64,000 nucleotides of DNA from a virus (taxonomy: Duplodnaviria; Caudoviricetes). The stretch lies in IMG/VR virus record IMGVR_UViG_3300028454_001166, positions 34,758 through 98,757 of that record; one strand, 5' to 3'. Shown here piece by piece: positions 1-9,593 of this stretch (positions within the stretch are counted from its first letter, which is position 1; each line of letters starts with the position of its first letter). A program made the translations under genes and the position numbers. The notes beneath the pieces are model-generated. The model had not been told where the DNA came from. It was given only the letters and a program-made list of their open reading frames with translations, and did no database searches.

Positions 1-1728
1 TTTACCGCGGGTCTGCATACCGGCGAGATCGATCATATTCCCGAGTTCAGCATCAAGTTCTCCCCGTTGTGGTCCATGACTGAATCCGAGCAGGTTGCGC
101 TTGATTTGCAGAAAGCTCAGGTTGAGTCCGCGCGTGCGCAGACGGCGTCCACATACATTCAAAATCAGGTTATCGATCCCGGCGAAGTCCGGAAGAGCCT
201 CGCGGAATCGGACGAGTTCGACATCGAGACGATGCTGGACGATTACACCGAGGAGGAACTTGAAGAGAACGCTCCAAAGGGCGAAGAGGGCGGGATGCCC
301 GGTGAAGGTGGTTTGCCCGGTATGCCTCCCATGGGTGGTGCGCCGGACGGTGGCGGTATGCTTCCCATGGGTGGTGATCCCGGGTCGGGGCAGGAGGCCC
401 CGGCACAGCCCGCACAGGCCGCTTCTGAGCCCGTTTCCGAGAGCGGGGAAGAAGGATACGCCCTGCAAGGAAACAGCCCTGAAACCGCCCCTGAAGCGAC
501 CAAGCTGCCTCAAGACCAGCTCGAGGAAGACCCGGATCATGAAGATGCGGAAAACATGGATGATGAGGACGAAGGGGCAGATAAAATCATATCTCGCCAC
601 GGCAAACCGGACTACGAGGCTCCGGTTCCCGCGGGAGAGGCTTCTTCATGGCTCGTCCAAGACCTCGACCCTCTCATGACGAACAACCCGGACACATCTT
701 CTCCCGATTGGACCGATGATGAGATCAAACGCAGAATCCGTTCTGTGGGTGTTCTGGTAGTTGATCAGTTCGGGAAGATCCTCACTGGTGTGCGTAAGGG
801 CGGAAGCGGTGAGAACTACGGACTGCTTGGCGGTCCCGGTGGCCACGTTGAGCCGGGGGAATCCCTCGAAGACGCGGCTATCCGTGAAACCTATGAGGAG
901 TTCGGGATCGTCCCGAAAGATCTGATGTTCATTTCCCTCGGTCGCTACGAAGAGGACAGTGGGATGATCCCTGCCATCTTTCTTTGCACGGAGTGGGCCG
1001 GAAGGATCTACCCGGTAGACGGGGAGATGGAGAATATCCGGTTCCGGACTATAGACGACATCGAAACACACAAGTTGTTCGGGCCGTTCGAATCTTCTCT
1101 GGAAATACTCGAAAAAGAGTTGACTTCCGAGGATGAAGATGGTAATATAGTGATGGATGAATTCGTGGAGAGCGACCATCCCAGAGATGAAGACGGACGG
1201 TTTTCCAAGAATTCCACATCCGGTGCTAAGAGCGCTTCACCAAGCGGCGGGAAGAGCTCGACGAAATATGCTGAAATTGACGATGATGATGAAGAATATA
1301 ATCCAGATCTTGATGGACCGGGGGAAGAGGCCAAACGAGAGAAAGAGCATGCAATAAGCTACTATAAAGCCGTTAGGCGTCGGCACGGTGATGTCAAGAA
1401 GATCGCAAGGAATACCGGATTTCCCGAGCAAGTGATCGATAGAATTCGTGAACATGTTTTCATGAAGAAGCACGATCTGGGAGACGATAAAATGAAACGC
1501 TTTTCCCCGGATTATGATATGGCACAGTCATGGCAGCGGTTAGTGAAGGGAAAAAACATTCAACCCCATGACGTCACCCTTTTGAAGCATGAACAAAAAG
1601 AGTACGAGCTGATGGATTCGGGACTATCTCAGGATAAAGCCCACGCGTTAGCGACCCGAGAATTTGATTATCAAGGAGAGGTGGAAAAATACAATGGTAA
1701 AAGTCAAAAACATAACAAAGACACCTGA
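1..1728 (+). CDS. Portal protein (DUF1073-type), 5' truncated, with C-terminal extension: acidic/Pro-Gly linker, Nudix hydrolase, HPRD motif, toxin-like tip
   Basis: Frame 1 is open from base 1. It contains IKFSPLWSMTESEQ (the F.PLW..E.E portal C-terminal motif), Nudix box GGHVEPGESLEDAAIRETYEEFG, MDEFVESDHPRDEDGRF and a tip with LLKHEQKE...AHALA. It lies upstream of MuF, protease and capsid genes. Confidence 0.8.
   Translation, partial: FTAGLHTGEIDHIPEFSIKFSPLWSMTESEQVALDLQKAQVESARAQTASTYIQNQVIDPGEVRKSLAESDEFDIETMLDDYTEEELEENAPKGEEGGMPGEGGLPGMPPMGGAPDGGGMLPMGGDPGSGQEAPAQPAQAASEPVSESGEEGYALQGNSPETAPEATKLPQDQLEEDPDHEDAENMDDEDEGADKIISRHGKPDYEAPVPAGEASSWLVQDLDPLMTNNPDTSSPDWTDDEIKRRIRSVGVLVVDQFGKILTGVRKGGSGENYGLLGGPGGHVEPGESLEDAAIRETYEEFGIVPKDLMFISLGRYEEDSGMIPAIFLCTEWAGRIYPVDGEMENIRFRTIDDIETHKLFGPFESSLEILEKELTSEDEDGNIVMDEFVESDHPRDEDGRFSKNSTSGAKSASPSGGKSSTKYAEIDDDDEEYNPDLDGPGEEAKREKEHAISYYKAVRRRHGDVKKIARNTGFPEQVIDRIREHVFMKKHDLGDDKMKRFSPDYDMAQSWQRLVKGKNIQPHDVTLLKHEQKEYELMDSGLSQDKAHALATREFDYQGEVEKYNGKSQKHNKDT
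1120..1148 (+). promoter_or_regulatory. SigmaA-type promoter embedded in portal CDS
   Basis: TTGACT (1120-1125), 17-nt spacer ending TGG, TAATAT (1143-1148); same design as 2156-2184 and 8294-8322. Confidence 0.65.
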
Positions 1729-1930
1729 TTTCATTTCTGGGGAAGCGTATGTTGAAGACTGTCCTACGGCCATTAAGATTTCCGTTGATTCCGAGGGCGG
1801 CATTCGCGCGGACCCGCTTCCCGAAGGGTACGATTGGTGTAAAAAACATCTTCGGTATGCGATTGGGGTTCTCCGACAAGCGCGTAAAATGGAGGATCCT
1901 CCTACCGAACGAACGATAATGTGGTATTGA
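1694..1930 (+). CDS. Small protein, candidate immunity to the portal toxin tip
   Basis: 78 aa (MVKVKNITKT...), overlaps the portal 3' end, followed directly by a terminator. Confidence 0.55.
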   Translation: MVKVKNITKTPDFISGEAYVEDCPTAIKISVDSEGGIRADPLPEGYDWCKKHLRYAIGVLRQARKMEDPPTERTIMWY

Positions 1931-1949
1931 TATAGCAGATCTGACAATG

Positions 1950-1977
1950 AAAAAAGGACGGGGGCCCGTCCTTTTTT
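1950..1977 (+). terminator. Intrinsic terminator
   Basis: AAAAAAGGACGG-GGGC-CCGTCC-TTTTTT. Confidence 0.8.
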
Positions 1978-1996
1978 CATGCCTTCGGAGGACATT

Positions 1997-2584
1997 GTGG
2001 GAAAAGTCGATGAATATATAAAGCGGAGGAGAATCCGGCTTCTTTCCCGGAACGGAGAAACACCTTCATTCTCAGATCGAGTAACGGCTTTCAAGGCCCG
2101 TCGCGCAGCTCGGCTCGACGTACGGAATAAAGAACTTGAAATGCTGAAAAATGGGTTGACTTTCTCCAAATATAATGGTAACATTGCAATGGATGAATTC
2201 GTGGAAGGCGACCATCCACGGGATGAGAACGGGCAATTCGCTAAAGCGAATAGCTCCGAGGCTTCAAGCGAGTCGGGAGCTGAAACGGTAAAACCGCAAC
2301 CCACGACCCCATCTGCAAAAGAGATCCGGTCCCGTTTGATCGGGCAAAAAACGCAGGACGGGCAAACGGTAAAGTCGGTGAGCGACCACGCAGTACAAAG
2401 GGTTCAGGAACGGAAGATCGGTTTTGATACAATCGAGAATTTGTTCCAATCCGGTAACGTTCGGCCCGGACACACACCGAACACGATTTGCTATGAAACC
2501 GATAAGCACAGAGTTGTTTTCGACAAAAACAACGGCAAAATAGTAACCGTGATGCACCGGGGCAATAGAGGAGGCAAGAAATAA
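1997..2584 (+). CDS. Putative head-cargo effector with two Arg-rich leaders, HPRD motif and C-terminal DUF4258/BECR-like RNase domain
   Basis: GTG start after GGAGG; YIKRRRIRLLSR and FKARRAARLDVR; GNIAMDEFVEGDHPRDENGQF; tip SDHAVQRVQERKI...VVFDKNNGKIVTV. Confidence 0.6.
   Translation: MGKVDEYIKRRRIRLLSRNGETPSFSDRVTAFKARRAARLDVRNKELEMLKNGLTFSKYNGNIAMDEFVEGDHPRDENGQFAKANSSEASSESGAETVKPQPTTPSAKEIRSRLIGQKTQDGQTVKSVSDHAVQRVQERKIGFDTIENLFQSGNVRPGHTPNTICYETDKHRVVFDKNNGKIVTVMHRGNRGGKK
2156..2184 (+). promoter_or_regulatory. SigmaA-type promoter embedded in effector CDS
   Basis: TTGACT (2156-2161), N17 ending TGG, TAACAT (2179-2184); a TATAAT also lies at 2171-2176. Confidence 0.65.
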
Positions 2585-2844
2585 TGGACACGAAGGGCTT
2601 TCTTGATCTGCTGAATCAAGAACAAAATGATTTCATCCTCGATGAGTTTTCCATGACGCAGGATCAGCTCCTCGGCCTTTCCGATGAAGGCCTCGACGAG
2701 CTCTACGAAGAGCTGGCAGACATTGAGGTTGAGGAGACGATGAAAGCCGAAGAAACGGGCGCAGCTCTTTCGGACAGAGGCCGGATTGCTTCTGAGATCG
2801 TCACTGTTTGGGGCAACGCCTACGCCGAGATAGACGAGGAGTGA
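2584..2844 (+). CDS. Small acidic protein, candidate immunity to the upstream RNase-like tip
   Basis: 86 aa, very acidic, TAATG overlap with the upstream gene, terminator follows. Confidence 0.6.
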   Translation: MDTKGFLDLLNQEQNDFILDEFSMTQDQLLGLSDEGLDELYEELADIEVEETMKAEETGAALSDRGRIASEIVTVWGNAYAEIDEE

Positions 2845-2864
2845 ACCCGAAAACAAAATACCTG

Positions 2865-2888
2865 AAGGACGGATCCCCGTCCTTTTTT
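2865..2888 (+). terminator. Intrinsic terminator, near copy of 1950-1977
   Basis: AAGGACGG-ATCC-CCGTCCTT-TTTT. Confidence 0.8.
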
Positions 2889-2938
2889 CGTGCCCATGTT
2901 TGAGAGCCGCGTAGGGGCTTATATGGAGGCGTTTTAAC

Positions 2939-3895
2939 GTGAACGAAAAGATACCCGCCCAACTGAAAAACGCGACTGACAAAGCCCCCACGAAGGTCAG
3001 AAGCCGCGTCCGGGCAAAAGGGACGCTCCTGTACCCGGATTCATCCGAACGGGAGTACGCTTCGCTGGCTTTGAAGCACGCCCGGATGTACGGCGACCTG
3101 TTAAAAGAATACCTGCCGGAGATCGAAACGATTCTCCGTGAAACCGCGAGGACGGATTCCAAGGATTACCACGATGATGCGAAAATCCTTGATTTCTCCG
3201 AGCGGTTTTCTCGTACCATCCGGAAGATGGAAAAAGAGCTGGCCGAAAAGCTGGACGATTTCGACACGGAGTACTTCATCAAGAAGGTGGCGAAACGGGC
3301 AAACGGGAGCAACACCCGCCAGTGGTTGCAGCTGATAAAGAAAACCTACGGGATCGATCTTGACGGTCACTACTACAACAAAGGAACGTGGGCGGATATG
3401 ATCGACAGATGGGCCGCGGAAAACGTCGGCTATGTGAAGTCAATTCCGCAGGATTCTCTGGCTACACTTCGCCAGATCGTCCAGAACGGGTACTACGACG
3501 GCTGGGGGGTCATTAAGACCCGGAACGAGATCATGAAGGCTTTCGGGGTTTCCAAGAAAAAAGCAAAGATGCTGGCCGCGGATCAAATGGGTTCCTTGTG
3601 TGCGCAAATAACCCGGAAGAAGCAAACGGACGCCGGGTGCAAACGGTATCGATGGAAAGCCCGAAACGACAACCGTGTTCGGGATGCGCACAGGCAGTAC
3701 AACGGGAAAATCTTCTCATGGGACAACCCGCCGCCCGCGTGGTACATGACCAAGACGAAGGGGAAGGTCTTCACCGGGAGGCATTGTCATCCCGGCGAGG
3801 ATTACTGTTGCCGGTGCATAGCGATACCGATCTTCGATTCGGACACGCTTCAACTGCCCGTGAAGAGCGGATACGAGGAGACCGGACAAACGTGA
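2939..3895 (+). CDS. Minor head morphogenesis protein (MuF / SPP1 gp7 family), no toxin extension
   Basis: YRWKARNDNRVRDAH...GKIFSWDNPP...HPGEDYCCRCIAIP is the Phage_Mu_F signature. Confidence 0.9.
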   Translation: MNEKIPAQLKNATDKAPTKVRSRVRAKGTLLYPDSSEREYASLALKHARMYGDLLKEYLPEIETILRETARTDSKDYHDDAKILDFSERFSRTIRKMEKELAEKLDDFDTEYFIKKVAKRANGSNTRQWLQLIKKTYGIDLDGHYYNKGTWADMIDRWAAENVGYVKSIPQDSLATLRQIVQNGYYDGWGVIKTRNEIMKAFGVSKKKAKMLAADQMGSLCAQITRKKQTDAGCKRYRWKARNDNRVRDAHRQYNGKIFSWDNPPPAWYMTKTKGKVFTGRHCHPGEDYCCRCIAIPIFDSDTLQLPVKSGYEETGQT

Positions 3896-3912
3896 GGAAG
3901 GGAGCAATTGGA

Positions 3913-4758
3913 ATGAATAAAGTACGCGCTTTCCAAGGGCGTCGATATAAGCGGCTCCTCGCAAGGATGGATGCCAACACTGACAAAGGAAAATGGATCA
4001 CAACCGAAAACAATCACAAAGTCCATCTGAACGAGAACGGACAACCAGATATGGGCAACCCTCACGTGATCGCTGCGATGGGTGGTAGCGAGTCCTCAGT
4101 ACAGGTAAGTGATCTCAGTAAGCGGGTTGAGGGACTTAAGAAGATGAAAAAGACCGAACGGCAACAGGAGCTTGCGAGTATTCTCGGTGATATGCCGGTG
4201 GGTTCTCAGATTACAGTTAAGAACCCGGGGCTTCCTGATCAAGTCATAACGAAAAAGGACGCGGAAACCTTCGAGCTTAAGACCACGATGTTTGGTGCAC
4301 CATCCGTTCACGATTCTTCACTCTTCGCATTGTCTCACGGTTTGTCTAATGATAAGAGCAATGCGTATTCGTTCGAAGGCTCCGGCACAATGCAATCTCA
4401 GGCGAAGGCGGAAAGTGGCGTTAATCCCAACGCTAAAACCCCCTCCAATGTATCATCTTCAAGTTCAAGTGGGGGTGGGTCTACAGTGCCCCCCGATGCA
4501 GATGCTCTTGCTAAGACAAAGGCTCAAAAAGCCGCTGAAAAAGCTAAGACTGCGGCCATGCTCAAAAAAGCACAAGCCGCGGTAGCTAAAAAAGAAAAGA
4601 TCTCACAGATTGATAAGGAAATCGAGCAGCTGGAACACGAGATGTATAAGGCCCAGCATTACGGGAATACCGAGATCGGGGATTGGGATCTGTCCCACGA
4701 ACTTGAAATGAAAATCCATAATCTTGAGGAGCAGAAAAAGAAGCTCACAGGGAAGTAA
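3913..4758 (+). CDS. Putative head-cargo protein (leader family), unknown C-terminus
   Basis: ATG 3913 after GGAG; FQGRRYKRLLARMD...GKWITTENNHKVHLNENGQPDMGNPHVI is paralogous to the N-termini at 4781 and 9646. Confidence 0.7.
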   Translation: MNKVRAFQGRRYKRLLARMDANTDKGKWITTENNHKVHLNENGQPDMGNPHVIAAMGGSESSVQVSDLSKRVEGLKKMKKTERQQELASILGDMPVGSQITVKNPGLPDQVITKKDAETFELKTTMFGAPSVHDSSLFALSHGLSNDKSNAYSFEGSGTMQSQAKAESGVNPNAKTPSNVSSSSSSGGGSTVPPDADALAKTKAQKAAEKAKTAAMLKKAQAAVAKKEKISQIDKEIEQLEHEMYKAQHYGNTEIGDWDLSHELEMKIHNLEEQKKKLTGK

Positions 4759-4780
4759 AAGTTAAAGCGAGGCATTTTTG

Positions 4781-7700
4781 ATGAATAAAACGGATGCGTA
4801 CCGTAACCGCCGGTATAAGCGGCTTCTCGCAAGAATGGATGAAGTGGATGGCCATTTCGACGACGAGGGGCATTGGGTCACAACCCACGAAACGAAACGG
4901 CACATACACATAAACGAGAACGGGGTTCCTGATAAGGGCAACCCCTATATTATTGCCAAGATGACCGGGACGAAACCGAAACTCAGCGGCGAATACCGGA
5001 AAAAATCGCTGCAGGAGAGTTTCGGTAAAGGGAATACCGGTAAGGCAGTGCATTCGTTGAAGAGCCTTCCCGAAGGATCGACGATCAAGATGGCAAACGG
5101 AACGGAGTACACAAAGACCGGAAGCGGCTTTGTCAGTTCCAAGAGTAAAACGGGTGGTAAACAGACCCCGCAAGCTCTGGCGAAAATCCTTGATGGTCAT
5201 ACGAAGGCCGGTAAGAACTTCGAGGTCAATCCTTCCGACATTGGCGGGGCTGTCGAAGCGGGGAAAAACACGGGAGCCCCGAAGCCCGGACAGGGTGCTG
5301 AGTCCGAGGCTCCGAGTGCTTCTACGTCAGAATCGGTGCCGGAAACCGCATCAGCATCGTCCCCGGAGATCGATGCGCTTAACACGGTAATCGATCAATG
5401 GGGCGCGGGCAATCAGGTCCCCGCAGTAACCACATTGCAAGCTCTCACGGGTTTAGAAGACGGGACGAAAATCTTAGTTGACGGGTTTACCTTTGAAAAG
5501 CAGTCTGAAATCAGCGCGCTTGGGGCAGGGAAGGTCACTTCCTTTAAGAACACGGACACGGGCGAGGTCTTTAGTAAGGGTACGTTTAAGGCAATCCTGA
5601 AAAGCTATGCAGAGGAAGGTCAGCACGATATAGAGGTGCAAGCGCCCGGTCAATCGACGCCCGCCTCGGCTGAGGCCGCACCTGCTCCGGATGAGGTGGC
5701 CCCGGTTGAAACGGCTTCGACTTCTCCTGAAGTAACCAAATTCAACGACATTCTTTCAGGGTGGGCTGGCCACTACAGCGATGGGACACTTACAGAGGAC
5801 GATATTGCCGCCGCAAATGCTTTGAAGGATGGCACGATTATCTCCGTTAACGGAAAAGATACCTACAAAAAGGTTACCGAACACTCCATGTACGGCGACT
5901 ATCCGTGGTTTGAAAACTTAGAAACCGGGAAATGGTCGAATGTACCCGCGCTGAAAAAAATCGTGGGCGGGGATGACGTACAGGCTGTACAGGTGAAAGA
6001 TCCCGCAAATGATACAACAGTTTCTGCGCCAGCTTCTGAACAAGAGCCTACGCCGACGTCGAGTGCCGAGCCTTCTGCCGAGCAACCGAGTTCTTCTTCC
6101 GGTGGTAAGACGATGAAGGACCTGACAGAGTCCTTGAAAAAGTATCCCCCGACCATGGAGGGGGCGAATAAGTTCTGGAATGAAGTCAATAGCACCTTCG
6201 ATAACGCCCCTGACGGAACTGAGATAACCTTTCCTGATGAAGACGATGGAAAATGGATCAAGGAAACCCACGGGAGCCTGACGCAATGGGTAAACCTCGC
6301 TTCCGGCGATACGATGGATAACAGTGAGATGTCGGCGGCTTTCTTGGATTCCGACTTTGGCAAGGATCTCGATAACATTTCTGCCGGAATAACCTATAAA
6401 GAACCTACCGGCGCGGGGACGCCGGGTTCAAGCTCGAGCGGTTCAAGTGGTTTAGCCTCGCAGGATTATTCGGGCCAAAAAGAAGCCCTTAGCGATCTGA
6501 TCAAAAACGTGCCCGATGCGAGCATTGCCGCCTATGAAACGGTGTTGGATGAATTCCCAGAGGGCACCATCATCAAGGTTGGCGGAAAAACGTATGAAAA
6601 AATTCCGTCCGGGGATTGGGGTGATCCAGATACAGGGTTGCCGCTTGGCGAGTCTTGGGATGTGGGCTACGAGCTGAAGCACTATAACCCTCAACACACC
6701 TTAGACATTTCGATACCCGGAGAAAACACCGCCGCGTCTTCCACCGGCAATGCGAATACACCTACTACGAGTTCTGACCCGGCGCAGTATTCGGCGTCTC
6801 TTTCAGGGGTAAAAAGCGCTGTAGATAAACTGAAACAAGGGAAATTCGTCCATCCGGCAGAGTTCAAAAAGGCGTGTAAGTCAATGAAAGACGGCGATGG
6901 AATCGTCACGAACGGAAAAACCTATATCAAGGGTACAGATTCGTCCGGAAATCCGGTGTTCCACCCTTCTGATTCCCCACAGCACACTTACAGTTCTACC
7001 GGCATGGTGGACATCATGGCATACCAGATCGGTTTGCAAAAAGCCGGTCTCTCAAACGGGGTTTCGTTCAAATCCGGATCGGATCAATCCAGCTCAGGAA
7101 GTACAGCCGGTGCTTCACCCAGCACGGCAGCTCCCACGGCAACACCGAGCGTGGCCGCAAAAGACACGCAGAAATCAATCAAAAATGCTAAGACCAAAGC
7201 CGCCGTCGCTTCGGCTCTGGACGCGCTTCCCGTGGGAACGAAGATCCACATGAAGAACCAAGGGGAAACCGTGTTCACAAAAACGGAGCACGGTTTCTCA
7301 AAAGAGTCTAAGTTCTGGGGCGGGACCATTCACACCCTTACCGATGACGTGGTGAAATATGTTCACGGGAAGAATAAATACGCCGCGCCCTTTGCTATCG
7401 AAGATACTTCTGGCGGAACAACCGATTTCTCGGACGGTTCAAGCTATAAAGCCCCGGCGCATTCGTCTACCGCGTCTTTGCAAAGCCAGTCTTCCTCCTC
7501 CGCCTCGTCCGCTTCATCTTCCGCATCAAGCCCGAAACCGAGTGCTTGGAACGGGCTAAAAGCAAAAGTCCAACATGCCGCCGAAGCGTTCACCCAAGCC
7601 CGGAAGAACGCGGCCCATTGGGATAAAGGGGGCGGAATGGCAACCGATAAACTGCTGAGACCGGTTACAGGAGCAGTATGGAAAAAACTAACTGAGGGGC

Positions 7701-8266
7701 AGAAGAAGAGTCTGGTTGCCTATACCGGGAGCGCTTATGCGAGCATAAATGACGCATTGAGAAACGGAACCGGTAAACGAGCTGCAGACATAAACAACAT
7801 GACAACGGCTATCGATCAGTGCGAAGCGCCCACCGATATATGGCTTCAGAGAGGATGTTCGACATACGCATTGAGTAAGCTGTTCAACACCGATACGATG
7901 ACCCTTGAAAAAGCGCGTTCAAAAGGATCCCAAGCTATTCTTGACCTTTTGTCCACCTCGGCAAACTACGGTCAGGATAAGGGTTTCATGTCATGCGGGT
8001 CTTCGAAAGGGAAGGGCTTTTCCTCTAACGATGTGATTTTGAACGTGTACTGTCCGAAAGGCACGAAGATGATGTATGCGGAACCGTTCTCCCACTATGG
8101 CGCGACAAGTGCCGGAGCTACGTGGAACGGCTCGTCTGGTACAACTCATGTTTCAGGCGAACACGAAACAATCCTGCAAAGGGGGACAATGCTCCGTCCC
8201 ACAAAGGTCACGGTGTCTAACGGTAAGATATACGTGGATGTAGACGTAATCGGTCAAAACTACTAA
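4781..8266 (+). CDS. Large putative head-cargo protein with internal repeats and C-terminal VIP2/Alt-like ADP-ribosyltransferase
   Basis: Leader YRNRRYKRLLARMD; C-terminal YTGSAYASINDALR, WLQRG, GFMSCG and EHETILQRG give the R-S-ExE ART motifs. Confidence 0.8.
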   Translation: MNKTDAYRNRRYKRLLARMDEVDGHFDDEGHWVTTHETKRHIHINENGVPDKGNPYIIAKMTGTKPKLSGEYRKKSLQESFGKGNTGKAVHSLKSLPEGSTIKMANGTEYTKTGSGFVSSKSKTGGKQTPQALAKILDGHTKAGKNFEVNPSDIGGAVEAGKNTGAPKPGQGAESEAPSASTSESVPETASASSPEIDALNTVIDQWGAGNQVPAVTTLQALTGLEDGTKILVDGFTFEKQSEISALGAGKVTSFKNTDTGEVFSKGTFKAILKSYAEEGQHDIEVQAPGQSTPASAEAAPAPDEVAPVETASTSPEVTKFNDILSGWAGHYSDGTLTEDDIAAANALKDGTIISVNGKDTYKKVTEHSMYGDYPWFENLETGKWSNVPALKKIVGGDDVQAVQVKDPANDTTVSAPASEQEPTPTSSAEPSAEQPSSSSGGKTMKDLTESLKKYPPTMEGANKFWNEVNSTFDNAPDGTEITFPDEDDGKWIKETHGSLTQWVNLASGDTMDNSEMSAAFLDSDFGKDLDNISAGITYKEPTGAGTPGSSSSGSSGLASQDYSGQKEALSDLIKNVPDASIAAYETVLDEFPEGTIIKVGGKTYEKIPSGDWGDPDTGLPLGESWDVGYELKHYNPQHTLDISIPGENTAASSTGNANTPTTSSDPAQYSASLSGVKSAVDKLKQGKFVHPAEFKKACKSMKDGDGIVTNGKTYIKGTDSSGNPVFHPSDSPQHTYSSTGMVDIMAYQIGLQKAGLSNGVSFKSGSDQSSSGSTAGASPSTAAPTATPSVAAKDTQKSIKNAKTKAAVASALDALPVGTKIHMKNQGETVFTKTEHGFSKESKFWGGTIHTLTDDVVKYVHGKNKYAAPFAIEDTSGGTTDFSDGSSYKAPAHSSTASLQSQSSSSASSASSSASSPKPSAWNGLKAKVQHAAEAFTQARKNAAHWDKGGGMATDKLLRPVTGAVWKKLTEGQKKSLVAYTGSAYASINDALRNGTGKRAADINNMTTAIDQCEAPTDIWLQRGCSTYALSKLFNTDTMTLEKARSKGSQAILDLLSTSANYGQDKGFMSCGSSKGKGFSSNDVILNVYCPKGTKMMYAEPFSHYGATSAGATWNGSSGTTHVSGEHETILQRGTMLRPTKVTVSNGKIYVDVDVIGQNY

Positions 8267-8293
8267 CCTCGAAATTAAACCGGTTATTACTGC

Positions 8294-8322
8294 TTGACTT
8301 TTTTCATGCTTTATGGTAATAT
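8294..8322 (+). promoter_or_regulatory. SigmaA-type promoter for the 8354/8654 gene pair
   Basis: TTGACT-N14-TGG-TAATAT, intergenic. Confidence 0.75.
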
Positions 8323-8353
8323 GGGTTTACCTAATATGAGGGGGTAACATTTC

Positions 8354-8608
8354 ATGGCGAAAGAAGGAAAGATGAAGCCTCGTGATTGGGATGAGGGATT
8401 CGGTGATAACGCTGAACACGGCGCGGAAGAAACGCCTTGCACCGATTGCGTTTTTCGTCGAATTGTCACAAGCGCAGATGGTAGGGTGATAGATACCGGA
8501 AAAGGATCTACCTGCAAGGCCTATCCCGAGCTCAAACCGCTCGAGGTGATGATGTATGGGGCCGAGTGCCCGAAATATCAGAAGGATAAACACGAAAAGA
8601 ACCTCTGA
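8354..8608 (+). CDS. Small Cys-rich protein, candidate ART partner/immunity
   Basis: 84 aa; PCTDC...CKAYP...ECPKY; lies between the ART and the ADP-ribosylglycohydrolase. Confidence 0.55.
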   Translation: MAKEGKMKPRDWDEGFGDNAEHGAEETPCTDCVFRRIVTSADGRVIDTGKGSTCKAYPELKPLEVMMYGAECPKYQKDKHEKNL

Positions 8609-8653
8609 GGCAAAGAGGATACCGAAAATGAACCCAAACAGGGAGGCAAACGC

Positions 8654-9574
8654 ATGATAGGAGCCATCATCGGTGACATCGTCGGCTCGGTCTACGAGTT
8701 CGACAATCATCGATCAAAGATTTTTCCGCTTTTTGATTCTCGCTGTGCGCTGACAGACGACAGCATAATGACGCTGGCCATCGCAAGAGCGCTCACGATC
8801 TACGGGCAGCAGGGGACGTATGAAAACCTGCAATCTGAGACGATCCGGCAGATGCAGAGGGTCGGTCGATGCTACCCCGATTGCGGTTGGGGCGGGCGTT
8901 TCGGAAGGTGGATCTTCTCAGACGATCCGAAGCCATACAACAGCTTCGGGAATGGCGCGGCTATGCGGGTCAGCGCGATTGTCGCCGCGGCTCCAAACCT
9001 CGAAACGGCGAAGCTGTGGACGAAGCTGGTAACCGAGATTTCGCACAACCACCCGGAAGGGATCAAAGGCGCACTTGCGACGGTTGAGCTTGCGTGGATA
9101 GCAAAAGAGGCCAGAAAACGCACGAATCCAAAATGCAAAGATCGCATTTTCAAAGCCGCTTTGAAATACTACCCGGAAAAAGACTTCGCCGGAGATTTCA
9201 ACCTTGATGCGATCCGCCCCAAATACCGATTCAACGAAACCTGCCAAGAGACGGTTCCGCAAGCCATCGAAGCGTTCCTTGAATCGAGAGATTTTGAGGA
9301 CGCTATTCGAAATGCGATCTCAATCGGCGGGGACAGCGACACGTTAGCCGCAATTACAGGGACTATCGCCGAGGCCTTCTACGGGGTGAAGCAGGAGCAT
9401 AAAGCAAAAGCGCTCAAATACTTCGACAGCCTCCAATACGGAATCTACAGTGAGTTTTCAGCTATGTACAACGATCTGCCCGTATTCGGAGAGCTGTCCG
9501 GAGAAATCGCATTCCGAACAACCGAAGACGGATCCATCGGCGGGATTTCTACGATGGGAGACGTCATTGGGTAA
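8654..9574 (+). CDS. ADP-ribosylglycohydrolase (DraG/ARH family)
   Basis: MIGAIIGDIVGS, TDD, SFGNGAAMR, SHNHPEG and GGDSDT motifs. Confidence 0.92.
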   Translation: MIGAIIGDIVGSVYEFDNHRSKIFPLFDSRCALTDDSIMTLAIARALTIYGQQGTYENLQSETIRQMQRVGRCYPDCGWGGRFGRWIFSDDPKPYNSFGNGAAMRVSAIVAAAPNLETAKLWTKLVTEISHNHPEGIKGALATVELAWIAKEARKRTNPKCKDRIFKAALKYYPEKDFAGDFNLDAIRPKYRFNETCQETVPQAIEAFLESRDFEDAIRNAISIGGDSDTLAAITGTIAEAFYGVKQEHKAKALKYFDSLQYGIYSEFSAMYNDLPVFGELSGEIAFRTTEDGSIGGISTMGDVIG

Positions 9575-9593
9575 TCCCGCGAACTGAATACCG

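Noticed and set aside
3598-3912. ORF-track start at 3598 for the first WITT-type cargo gene
   Set aside because: It overlaps MuF by 300 bp; the SD and paralogy support ATG 3913.
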